A stretch of 64,000 bases of DNA from a virus (Duplodnaviria; Caudoviricetes), in the IMG/VR virus record IMGVR_UViG_3300009873_000081, positions 39,995-103,994 of that record, one strand, 5' to 3'. Positions 17,886-28,435 of the stretch are shown piece by piece. The notes beneath the pieces were generated by a model. The model was not told the origin of the DNA. It saw only the letters and a program-made list of their open reading frames with translations, and made no database searches. Position 1 is the first letter of the stretch. Each line of letters begins with the position of its first letter. The position numbers were made by a program, and so were the translations under genes.

Positions 17886-19125
17886 AAGCCACCTGCGGCA
17901 ACGGCATTTAAAAGCCGTACTCGAAGGTGAATACGGCAGAAAAAAGATCAACGTCCCGAAGAAAACCGGCGACGGCAAGGATCATTATTATCGCATCCTG
18001 GCTCCAAAGGGAAAACAAAGACAATGGGCGCGTTTTCTCTCCGACGATGAGTGGAAAGGCATCAGCGAACTTTTTCGTTATCCCACCTTGCGTTTGGTCA
18101 TTCAAGAATTAAAAAATCTTATCGGCGATCTTGGCGGTTGGGAAAAATCAGAAGAGACACAGCTTTCAAGCTGGTCAAACTCGACTCTATGGGACAAGGC
18201 CAATCGAAGCTTACTATTCGATCTCAAGTATTATTACAACAAAGCCAAAGCCGAGCGTGACGAAATCAAGAAAGAAAAACGCATCGACTCGACTTCAGCG
18301 CCCATACATCAACTGGCCAAGATCACTAATACTGATAGAAAAGTTATTTGCCGAATCAGGAAATTTCTGCTGTTGGCTTTTATCGGCAGCGGCGAGTTTC
18401 TGACTATTGGGGACAAAGATTTTTGGAATGCAGTAAAACGAGGGAAGCAGATTAGAAGTTCAGCTTTACAAAACCGTCCTCGGATGGATAAAGAGAAGAA
18501 CCCAAACTCCACCACGCCTAAAAGCGTGACATGCTCTTCAACCCTTGAGCGGAAAGCGGCGATGCCTCTAAAAAAGGTATTACTGGACGTTCCTCTTATC
18601 CGACACGAAGACGGTCTTGAATCAATCGAATCTGAAGACTTCTTAGACAGACTGGATCGAGCCATCATGCTCGACGCCAAGCTCCAGACGGTCGGCAGTA
18701 TCAAGATGTCGGCACTTCCAGCCCATCTTGACTTTGCTTTTACCCTGCCCGACCAGGAATTTAACGATCTAACCATAAAAGAAGTTGCGGAAGATTTCAA
18801 CTTCTCGATGGAAAAGACCGACTTAAGAGCGTTCTTGTGCGCTACTAACATGAGGCCAAGAAAGAAGAAAGCCATTAGAAGCTTTCCGGCTCCGGCCAGT
18901 CTCGAAGAAAACTTCAGATATGCTCGTACTTCCGTAGATGAATCCGATTTCCTGCCATACTACGATAACAGCGAATATTGGAGATCGAGAAACATCTTTA
19001 GAAGCGTAAGAAAACAAGAGCAAAAGATGGTAGAAAAGAAAGAACCTACAAGAGAAGAGAGAGAAAAATCTACTATCGGTCGGTTGATTCTTGCTATTGA
19101 CGGATTTAGCTCTGGACGTGTGTAG
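17869..19125 (+). CDS. Basic protein with HTH-like segment
   Basis: 418 aa; PIHQLAKITNTDRKVICRIRK. Confidence 0.6.
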   Translation: MAIYAKSHLRQRHLKAVLEGEYGRKKINVPKKTGDGKDHYYRILAPKGKQRQWARFLSDDEWKGISELFRYPTLRLVIQELKNLIGDLGGWEKSEETQLSSWSNSTLWDKANRSLLFDLKYYYNKAKAERDEIKKEKRIDSTSAPIHQLAKITNTDRKVICRIRKFLLLAFIGSGEFLTIGDKDFWNAVKRGKQIRSSALQNRPRMDKEKNPNSTTPKSVTCSSTLERKAAMPLKKVLLDVPLIRHEDGLESIESEDFLDRLDRAIMLDAKLQTVGSIKMSALPAHLDFAFTLPDQEFNDLTIKEVAEDFNFSMEKTDLRAFLCATNMRPRKKKAIRSFPAPASLEENFRYARTSVDESDFLPYYDNSEYWRSRNIFRSVRKQEQKMVEKKEPTREEREKSTIGRLILAIDGFSSGRV

Positions 19126-19224
19126 TATTAGTCCCTGCTGTTTCTGAGTTTATTTACTACTACACTATACAGATCATCATCGCCAATAAGGGCTTAGTGT
19201 CTTTAATTTTATAAAGTAAGGTAT

Positions 19225-21072
19225 ATGACAATCAAAAAATTCTTAACTCTTACAGACGGTCAATTACTTTACAATCTGCCGATAGACGTGGATTTGTCAG
19301 GAGTCATGTCAGCAAGACTAAACCAACAGGAGGTAAAGTTAAAAATTGTTTGGAGAATGGAAGGTAATGGCTACTTAGTTCCATACATTTTGTCACCTGT
19401 AGCCAATCCAAGCGAAGCTGATGAAATCGAAATTACCTATGAGACGACAGATTAATGCAAAGAAGCACAGTCATAGAATACCCTGGCGTCTACAAATTAG
19501 AAAAAGCCCGTCATCTCGAGCACATGCTTGACGAGATCGAAAAGTGCGTAGAGCCTTCATCCTTTGTCAAGCTGAGAAAACTGGTCAAAGAGAACAAAAC
19601 CGCTTACGATAGTTTGGCAATGTCAGGAAGATGGATGGTTGGAGCGCCGGAAGCTTTGCTCAGATTGATTTTGGAACTTACAGAAAATAACATAAACCCG
19701 TTGGCATTAACTGAAGCACAGGATCGAATTGAAAAAAGCTTGACTTTTTGATTTTATTTACGTATATTGAATTACAGTCAACGCAGTACAAAAATCAAAC
19801 AAGGAATTTTAACCATGAAAACTCAAGCCAAGCCTAATCTTAGTCCGTTGGGAACATGCAATCGTTGTAGTGATGTGGCTTATGTTCAACTCAAAAAAGG
19901 CATTTCACCTGGAGTTTGGACAGAACCCGAACTGCTTTGCAATGATTGCCTTGATAAAGATCGCAAGGCCATGCTTAAAGCCGCAGGCTGTGAAGAAGAA
20001 ACCATTGGAAATATAACTTTTGAATAATAGGAGAACAGCTTATGAGTTTCTTTGAACAAGAAGTGCAAGTTGAAACCAGAACCGAATCGGGTTTTTGGAC
20101 AAGCTTAAATTTTGCCACTGCTATTCCGATACCAGAGATAGTGCAGGAGTTTTTTGAACCGGCACCATGTGAATGCGGCATATCGAGTCCACCGACACAC
20201 ATAAATCTCATCACAGGAACACGCTTCTATGACGACGAAAGCCATGAGTGTGCAGGGTATCCTTGCTAACAACTTAAAAAATCAGATATGAACACGCTTT
20301 ATAAAATCACTCTGCTGCTTTTTTGCACACAAAGCTTTGCCCAAACCCGCTTTGTTGTTCGACCTGATGAAGTCGGGTTTGTCATGCTAAAATGCAAAAC
20401 CGATTCGCTTCAAATAAGCATTATGGATGTCTCGGGAGAGGAAAATCAGATTACTATTTTAGCCGTACCATACGTACTCAAAAGCAACTTCAACGAGGAT
20501 TCTTTGGAGCTTTGGTATCACATCTGTAAAGACGATACTGCCTTTTACAGCCAAATCACCAAAGCTCCAACAAATAGAAAGTTTTTGTCAAGCCTCAACG
20601 AAATTAAAAAGGGTCGAGCGCCTAAAGGCGACTTGCCTTTTGTCGCACAATCCCACTTATCTACAACCATCTTGAGATTTTCAATTGATCCAGGAAGAAA
20701 GTCCCGGTTTCAAGATGGCTCGACAGTTGGGGCTTATTTCGATATACAGACAGATAGCACTGGCAGCATAATTAAAATCTGGAAAAAGAAGCAGTAGGAG
20801 CTTTAGCCATGTCATTGATGAGGCGAAAATTCATTATTGCTATTGTTTGGCTGTTAGGCTCAGGTCTCTTGATTCTACCCTATTTTGTAGGAAAAGCCGC
20901 AAATGAAACTTTCTTGCATTTGTATCCCATAAGCTGGCCATTTCTCTACAGTATTGGCTTTGTTGTTTGTGGCTGTTTAGTTGTAAGTAACTTACTGCTA
21001 TTAGCATTATTTCCAATCAGTTCTGATATAGCCGACTATTTCGAGAAAAGATCAAATAAAAAACAAATATGA
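19225..21072 (+). other. Six small hypothetical CDSs (19225-19455, 19455-19751, about 19815-20027, 20042-20269, 20288-20797 with signal peptide, 20809-21072 membrane)
   Basis: Packed ORFs with RBSs; internal promoter TTGACT at 19740. Confidence 0.6.
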
Positions 21073-21680
21073 AAAATTTTTCTAAACTCAACGTACTCTT
21101 TTCTAAAGCTAAGCTCAACAAGCGCCCGTCACGAGGATTAGCCCAAAACACACTGTCTGAAATATAGACTTAGCTCAAGTCAAAACATCCAAAATCGTCC
21201 ACCAGCCCTTCGTCACCGTTCTTAAAAAAAATCCTAAAATTTTTTTCGATCTCTACGTACTGTTTTCTAAAATCCTAAAATTTTATTTTTCAAGCACGCA
21301 TAAGAGTGCTTGGAGTCCCACCGCCCACACCCCGGCCGGAGTGTCTTGCCATTCTCGCGCCTCTATAGGAGGGGGTGTATAGCGATATAGACAGAGAGCA
21401 AACGAAAGTACACAACAATTAGCCTTAGGTTACAGCCGATACGCTCGATCCTGTTGTCCCGGCCACTGCACAGTGTCTTGCCTCGAAAGCGGGCCTATAC
21501 CCCTCGCGTTTTTCTCTCCAGCCAAAAAGCATTCTTATTCACCGGGCCGGGCTGTACGATAGCCTTGTGGCTTCCTACAGTGACCGTACAGCAATGATCT
21601 GTTGCATTGACAGCCTTACCTATGCACAAGCTTGGGCAATAAAAAACCCTATGCTGTGTTAGCCATAGGGTTTTTTATTC
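21073..21680. other. Long non-coding region; candidate genome end, packaging site or origin
   Basis: No ORF in the track; an AT-rich repeated block then a GC-rich block; ends in a bidirectional terminator. Confidence 0.4.
21639..21678. terminator. Bidirectional intrinsic terminator
   Basis: AAAAAACCCTATG...CATAGGGTTTTTT. Confidence 0.8.
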
Positions 21681-21696
21681 ACTTTGAGACAAGCTT

Positions 21697-22089
21697 TTAT
21701 TCAAAGATCACACCGTTATAAGCTTGCATACTGTCCGCAAGTAAAAGAAAATCATAAATATGATCAAACTTCAACGCCGGCAAATTATCGGCAAAACGAT
21801 CATAGCTTTGCTTGTGTCGCTCGTACATTTCAAGCAATTCCGCTTTGTCAAACGTTGCTGTGCGCTTGTAATTGCGGATATTATTTTTTCTTTGCCAATT
21901 GCGACAATCGAGGTTATCCAATTGCACAAACTCAAACTCTTGTGTTTCCAGCGACTTGGTACTGTTATAGAGCATCATCATATAGCCGGATTCGACGCAT
22001 TCCGCAAGACTACAGTCTGTCCCAATAATTGCGTTGAAATTTTTGTTTCGCATTGTAAACTCCGTTGTCTTAAAAGTGAATAGCTTCAT
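21697..22089 (-). CDS. Hypothetical protein with its own promoter and terminator
   Basis: TTGCGC-17-TATACT at 22139-22111 upstream; terminator downstream. Confidence 0.6.
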   Translation of the reverse strand: MKLFTFKTTEFTMRNKNFNAIIGTDCSLAECVESGYMMMLYNSTKSLETQEFEFVQLDNLDCRNWQRKNNIRNYKRTATFDKAELLEMYERHKQSYDRFADNLPALKFDHIYDFLLLADSMQAYNGVIFE

Positions 22090-22361
22090 GAATTAAACTT
22101 ACACTTTTATAGTATACGCAAAAAATGCGAATTGCGCAAGCTAATTACGAAATCTTCACAAATAGCTTGCTCATGCTTGTTTTGCGGTATTTAGACGTAA
22201 CGACACAGCTAATATTTAATTATTATGTAGACGTTGTCTTGTTACATTCTTTTAATCAAAAAGATTAGACTTGATTTCCGCATTTTATTTACGTATATTG
22301 TATTACTTCTATGAAGTAACAAATAACAGAAGCAATCACTTAAACTTATGCGAGGCACAAA

Positions 22362-22616
22362 ATGGAAACTGTAAACGTTGCCACCCGCCCCCTGTCCGAA
22401 ATTGCTCGTGAAATTCGCCGAGATTGGAAGCAAGTCAATTTTGGCGCGGCGCCTTACTTGCAGGCAATGGCAAGCCTTAATGCCATTAGTGACACTTACG
22501 GTTTAGATGATGCTAAAAGCATCGTAATCTATTTTCTTGCTAATGCTTCAACTTGGCGCGGTGAAACGGCTAAGCGTATCAAGGCTGAATTGAAACGCAT
22601 GGCAAAAATCAAATAG
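22362..22616 (+). CDS. Conserved small early phage protein
   Basis: RPLSEIAREIRRDW...AAPYLQAM...YFLANASTWRGETAKRIKAELK, a pattern familiar from other phages. Confidence 0.75.
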   Translation: METVNVATRPLSEIAREIRRDWKQVNFGAAPYLQAMASLNAISDTYGLDDAKSIVIYFLANASTWRGETAKRIKAELKRMAKIK

Positions 22617-22636
22617 TCTTATTCGCGTCTCAAACT

Positions 22637-22677
22637 AATGCCCTTGTGATCTAAATTCGCAAGGGCATTTTTATTTT
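22637..22677 (+). terminator. Intrinsic terminator
   Basis: AATGCCCTTG...CAAGGGCATTTTT. Confidence 0.8.
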
Positions 22678-22808
22678 CCCACCTAAATTAAAGTTACATT
22701 CTTTTAATCATAAAAGGTAGACTTGACTTTACGCATTTATTTACGCATGTCTGTAATACTCTTCAGAGTATATAAATAACAGAAACACTTTACTTTGCGA
22801 GGTGAGTC

Positions 22809-23159
22809 ATGAATAAGCGTTTAGTCAACCTTATCGAATTGTCTGGGAATGTTCGCTTTTACGTACCTACTACAAACAACGTGAATCAGGCACAAGATAC
22901 AGCTTCCCACGTGGAAAAAGTCGAAAAACTTTTTTCCGCTTGGTTTGGCGGAGCAACGCAGTACGATGCTTTAGGTTGCTGGTCTTCACCTGCTGCTGGT
23001 CTGGTAAAGGAAAAAGTTATCATTGTGGAATCATTCTGCAATGAGCAAGCTTTACAAGCTAATATTGAAAGCGTTGTAGACCTTGCGGAGCGTGTCAAGC
23101 AAGAGTTATCGCAAGAGTCTATAGCGATTGAAGTCAATAACCGTTTGTATCTTGTTTAA
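22809..23159 (+). CDS. PII/ferredoxin-like fold protein (DUF3574-like or SAM lyase-like)
   Basis: FGGAT...G.W......E...V...QESI. Confidence 0.5.
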   Translation: MNKRLVNLIELSGNVRFYVPTTNNVNQAQDTASHVEKVEKLFSAWFGGATQYDALGCWSSPAAGLVKEKVIIVESFCNEQALQANIESVVDLAERVKQELSQESIAIEVNNRLYLV

Positions 23160-23205
23160 CCTTAACTCTGGACACAAGGAAGTGTCCTAACTTCACTTTG
23201 AGAAG

Positions 23206-23739
23206 ATGAAAAAGCTTATTGAATTAGCTTTAAGCAATCCTAATAGCCGTTTTTGGTATGCACAAGAGAAACGTTTCTTGAAACGCTATGCCAAAAAACG
23301 CAATTGGGATTTTTATCGTTTTTGTGACATTATCGCCATTACTTCGCCGCGAACACAATTGTCGCGTAATTGGAAGTTAGCTTGTAATTATATGGCTGGT
23401 GAAAACTTTTATACGCCAGCTTTGCCCTCGGTTATTTCAGGGTTGAAATATTACGAGCAGAGTGGTATTATCCGAGGGCCAAAAACAAGCCGTTTTTCTT
23501 TAGCCTTACAAGGTGATGAAAGTGCAATCGTTTTAGACATTTATATGGCGAGAATACTGCGTTTTGATTATGAAGCAATGTATCAACCTGAAAACTACTT
23601 GAGACTTTGCAGACGCATTGAGAAGCTTGCACAAGTTTTGGGCTATACGCCGGCGCAAACGCAAGCTTGCTTGTGGATCAATTATCTACAAGCTAACAAT
23701 CGTTCAAACGGATTAAGTTATTCACAACTTGAGCTATAG
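23206..23739 (+). CDS. Phage protein with HhH/DNA-glycosylase-like pattern
   Basis: AITSPR...N, GPKTSRF, IVLDIYM, TPAQTQACLW. Confidence 0.6.
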   Translation: MKKLIELALSNPNSRFWYAQEKRFLKRYAKKRNWDFYRFCDIIAITSPRTQLSRNWKLACNYMAGENFYTPALPSVISGLKYYEQSGIIRGPKTSRFSLALQGDESAIVLDIYMARILRFDYEAMYQPENYLRLCRRIEKLAQVLGYTPAQTQACLWINYLQANNRSNGLSYSQLEL

Positions 23740-26466
23740 GTGAGACTATGCGTACAATAACCGTTTATGTCACCGACAAGGATACTGGCTTAACTTACAA
23801 GGCATTCTCACGCCAGTATCGTGCTGATGAAGTGCTAAAGCACTTCTTTGGCTTGTTAGAAGCTTATGCCGCTTATGAGAAAGTGTTAGGCTGTTTTCAC
23901 ATTGAAATTGAATGAGAGGAACAAATATGAACCGAAAACAACAACTCGTTTGTTTTCTACTTAATGCGTATTGTTGCTTATATGGTGCGCAAGACACAAA
24001 CGACGTTACAGCAGACCAATACTATGAGCAAGTGTCCGCAAGACTTGAGACTTTGCCACTTGCTGAATTGGAAGCATCTTACAAGGTCACTCGTGAGACT
24101 CTGGGTTATTAAAATCTTGTTCTGTTGTTAACCCGCATAGCTTGTATAGTATGCGGGTTTTTTATTTAAGTTTATCAAAAACAAGTCTATAAGCCAAAAT
24201 CGCAGGTAATAGAATATCAAAATTTTATTGTTGAATGCTACCTGCATAGCTATTGTGTCATAATTCGCACTTGGACAGTTACAATACTTTCACAAGATTT
24301 TAGATAAAAAGACTTGACTTTTAGGAATTGTTTGCGTATATTGATTATACAGCAAACAAGTAGAAGCTGTGCTTGGTATACGGTAGAGTAGGATTTTTTC
24401 GCCGATTTTTGGCAAAAGAAAAAGGGATTTTAGCCTAACATACCAAGCACAGCTTAATTTGCAATCAACAAGAGAAGTGGAGTCAAAGCGAGGTGAGTTA
24501 TGAGCAAGGCAAAACAACTTCAGGAAGCGATGTTTCTCCAGTCAATCGGAGAATTTGAGGGAATTGTAGTAAGTGACACCAGCGAAGTGCCGGAGGGCTA
24601 TCGCGGTCAAGTTCTACATATCAATGATCACGGTAATGTAACTTTGTACAATGCTTTCAAAAATGGCAATTTGCATGAAGTTTACGCCATTGTCTAAGCT
24701 TCTGTCGAAAACTCCGCTTGTCTTACGGATTGCAGGCGGAGTTATATGCTAATTGGCTATTAGCATACTGAAGAGACAAGCCAAATGACCTTTATTTTTT
24801 ATTATGGTATAACCCAAATGTGAGGTGAATCATGGATTTAGTCCTAAAAATCAATTGCGATAATGCTGCATTTGCAGACAATGCCGAAGATGAGATTTCT
24901 CGCATACTGCATAATGCCGCAGATGAAATTGCATATCGTTTTGACTCTCCGCCGTTTGAAATTCCGTTGCACGATGTTAATGGCAACAAGGTAGGTACTT
25001 GTAAAATCGAATAGGTGAACTATGCCAACAAATAAACTTTCAGTAAAAGAAGCGCGACTTGAAATTCACTCGGCAATTGCAAGTCTAGACAAGTTGTTAA
25101 CTTGGGCTAAACTTAGTCCGCAAACAAGGGCTGACTTGACTCTTCAAGCCAATCAGCTTGAAAAGCAACTGCAACACAACGTAGATTTTAAGCCAACGGA
25201 GTAAAGCATGCCAAGAATAACTGCAAAAGAATGGGAAGCGCGTGCGAAACAAGCTGAGGCAGGAAACCATTTGCTTTTGCTTGGTTTGCAATGTGCTTTA
25301 GGCGGTGAGTTAGAGCAAATGGGCAGAGTGAAAACCAAAGACGGCGCAACGTATAAATTTGCTGTTGCTCGTTTGACTTCACCACACGGAGGCTTGTTTT
25401 TTACTTCTTTTTCCGCGTCTGGACAAAACACAAGCTTTACTGTCCAATATTTAGATGATGTTATTTTAGACCAACAGGACAAACCGTCAAGCGAGATTGC
25501 TCGAATCCGCTCTAAGGCCGTTGAAATTGCGCAGCTTATGCGCTATAAGCTGCTTGAGGCACAAAAGTAACGTTTTTTAACTTTAAAAGGAAACCCCATG
25601 AACTGGACACAATTGCACCAAAAAGAAGTCAACGCGCGTATTGCAAGGCGCCAAAAGCCTGTTGTGCGGGCTTCTCGCTTGCGTTTGAATGATCTTGGCA
25701 AAATTGCTACTGCTGAGACTCGTGCTGCATCGTTCAAACATTTTTGCAATCTTTTGTCAAGTTATCAGCAAAACAATTCACAGGAATTGAGAAAACAGAT
25801 TGTTAAAATGGCCACCAACTGGAATTTCATGTTGCCGGCTTGGTTTTAGAAACTTTCTCGCCTCGCTTAACCCGCTTGTGAGTCTGTCCAGTTGCGACAG
25901 TAGCAAGCGGGTTTTTTATTTTATTCCGTATTATGCCTGGATATTGCGTTGGGATTGTACTGTTGCTGTATCGTAATAAGCGTTTGTTGAATTTAGATCA
26001 TCGAAAGCAATTGATTAGCATTAGTTTAAGTGGTCTAAAAATATTTTAAAAAAAGACTTGACTTTTGAATGTTTTTTGATTATATTGATTATGTGATAAG
26101 CAATGAAGTAAGAATCACAAAACACTTTGAGAGTACCACCATGAAAAAATATCCGATCACTACACAAAGAGAGCTTCGCCGCCGATTCTGGCAAGAGCAT
26201 CCACAACTTGCTCATTTAAAACGCCGTACCGTTGATTTTGGCAACGGCAAGCAGCACGTTGCCGATGTACGTGTCGCCTGGTGCGACTGGCTGGATGCAA
26301 TGGCAAAATCGAACCAAATTTCACAAGCACTGCTGTACAAAGCAACACTTTAACACGAGTGTTTTCTCTACCTGATCTCACTAAGCTCCTGCTGTTTCAT
26401 CCAAAAGCCTTGTTTCAAGTATGGCCTGACCTGACAGCAGGAGCTAAACTTAAAACGGAGTCAAAT

Positions 26467-26778
26467 ATGAGTCAGCATACACCTGGCCCCTGGTCTGTGA
26501 TAGGATCAGGCGCAGGCCAAACACAAGTTTGTGGCCGCCGTAACGGACAAATTTGTGAGATCGCAAGTTATTTGTATGATGAAACAAATGAGCCAGAACT
26601 TGATGAGCTTGAAGCCAACGCCCGTTTGATCGCTGCCGCGCCTGAACTGCTTGAAGCTTTGAAAGAATTGCAATCCCAAATCCAGCAACATTTCAAACTG
26701 GATGTTAAAAAGCACTTCTCTTTAATGCTGGCCAATGTTGCTGCCAGCAAAGCAATTGACAAAGCCGAGAAAAGCTAA
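26467..26778 (+). CDS. HTPGPW-motif phage protein
   Basis: MSQHTPGPW...EANARLIAAAPELLEAL. Confidence 0.75.
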   Translation: MSQHTPGPWSVIGSGAGQTQVCGRRNGQICEIASYLYDETNEPELDELEANARLIAAAPELLEALKELQSQIQQHFKLDVKKHFSLMLANVAASKAIDKAEKS

Positions 26779-26824
26779 AGTCTCGCGTATGAGCATAATC
26801 GGCCTCAAGGTAGAGGCCAAAACT

Positions 26825-26892
26825 CGCCAGCATGTAAGTTGGCAGGCCGTGAATAAGCACGGTTGGCGGATCATACCCGCCTGTTGGCGCTA
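26825..26892 (+). ncRNA. Degenerate tRNA-like structure
   Basis: CGCCAGCA/TGTTGGCG outer stem, CCGTG/CACGG arm, GGCGG-ATCATAC-CCGCC T-arm-like hairpin. Confidence 0.35.
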
Positions 26893-27550
26893 ACTTTTGA
26901 AATAGCAAAATAACATTTTAGGCTATCTTTGCCTAAAGTTTCTTGTGCTACAAAATAAATTGTTGTTGCTTGCCAATAGCTAAACTGGCACTTTAAAGAT
27001 TCAAGTCTTAAAGCACTATTCCGGAACCACAGCACAAGGACGTGCTGCCGGGGTGCTTAAAACCAAAGATGGAGAAACTAAAATGCTTATCCTTCGCAAA
27101 AGTGAAAACTTCGACGCCTCCGAGACAATTGGAGTATTTGATGACGGTACGACAATGCCGCAGGCAGATCGCTTTGTGCGTAATTTAAATTTAGCTGCTG
27201 AGACTATTTCAGAGCTTGACAGCTTAGATTGTTTATCGCCAGCACAAAAAATAAAACTTGAGCACAATAAAAACTTTATAGAACGCAAAACCGGCGAAAA
27301 GCCGCGCGGCGGTAATATTAGATTCTCGTTTATCAGTGTACCTAAAATTTCACCAAAGGAGTGATGCAAAATGGACACTTTGTTTTATCTTCAAGCTGCC
27401 GGCATAGCGTTGTTTATTCTGTGCTTATTATGGGATGAAATCAAGCAAAAAAATTCTTGAGAAAAAGCTTGACTTTCAAGTTTTATTTACGTATATTGAT
27501 TATACAGTAAACAACGCAGTACATACAAAAACCAACTTTGAGAGGACAAC

Positions 27551-28372
27551 ATGAGACACTCACACCGTATCAAAGAAATTTTTCGGCCTGTTAAAAACTT
27601 GGCCGAAATCGCCACCCTGAATGCCGCCAGCGCATTTGGTGGAGTTTCCAACCGCTACAAGTTTATTCCCACTTCCGCGCCTTTAACTGTATTACAAGAT
27701 CACGGCTGGCAGCCTTACGCCTATGCCGAAGAGCGCGTCAAAAACCAAGACAAACACGGTTTTCAAAAACACGCCATCAAGCTTCGCCACCCGCAGTATT
27801 CCCGCGACAATCTGCAAAATGTGGGCGATACCACGCCTGAACTCATGCTGCTCAATTCGCATATTGGCAATGCGGCCTTTCAGCTTATCTTGTGTCTGTT
27901 TGAGAAAGTCTGCTCGAACGGCCTGATCGTAGAAAAAGAAAGCCTTGCGGATCAGCGGGTTAGGCATGTAGGCTATACCGACCAAGCCGTTGCGGACGCT
28001 TTGCAAGCAATTCTGCCCGCTGTGCCACAAACTTTAGCAGATGTTGAACGCTTTCGCAATATCAAGCTTCTACCCGAAGAAACTCAAGCACTTTCCCAAT
28101 CTGCAATAGAGTTAAGGTGGGACGGTGAAAAATTTGCCGTTGATCCTCGGCATGTAGCTTATGCGTATCGTTCAGCACAAAAAGAAGATAACCTTTGGAA
28201 CGTAACAAATCGCCTGCAAGAATCGCTTGTACGTGGAGGCGTATACGTACAAAACAAAGAAACCGGCGTAAGCACTCGCGCTCGTGCTATTGGTTCGCTG
28301 TCTGAAAGCAATCGCCTGAACAAAGCAATTTGGACGCTTGCCGAGAAAATGGCAGAGCTGAAATCCAACTGA
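27551..28372 (+). CDS. DUF932/DUF945-family protein
   Basis: RYKFIPT...FQKHAIKLR...LLNSH...KVCSNGLIV...H...NLWNV.N.LQESL.RGG; promoter at 27469. Confidence 0.85.
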   Translation: MRHSHRIKEIFRPVKNLAEIATLNAASAFGGVSNRYKFIPTSAPLTVLQDHGWQPYAYAEERVKNQDKHGFQKHAIKLRHPQYSRDNLQNVGDTTPELMLLNSHIGNAAFQLILCLFEKVCSNGLIVEKESLADQRVRHVGYTDQAVADALQAILPAVPQTLADVERFRNIKLLPEETQALSQSAIELRWDGEKFAVDPRHVAYAYRSAQKEDNLWNVTNRLQESLVRGGVYVQNKETGVSTRARAIGSLSESNRLNKAIWTLAEKMAELKSN

Positions 28373-28435
28373 CCTCTCAAAGTGACCACTGCCGCTTCGC
28401 CCGGAGGCGGCAGCGGGTTTAACCGGAGAAAAGCC

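Larger units (their letters stand above)
22241..22808 (+). repeat. Duplicated promoter/leader module of about 120 bp (22241-22361 and 22693-22808)
   Basis: GTTACATTCTTTTAATCA...GACTTGA...TATTTACG...AAATAACAGAA...TGCGAGG in both copies. Confidence 0.8.
23927..27364 (+). other. Early-type cassettes of small CDSs, several with their own promoter and terminator
   Basis: Promoters TTGACT at 24314 and 26058; terminators at about 24130-24167 and 25869-25922; ORFs 24500, 24832, 25022, 25208, 25598, 26141, 26467. Confidence 0.6.
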
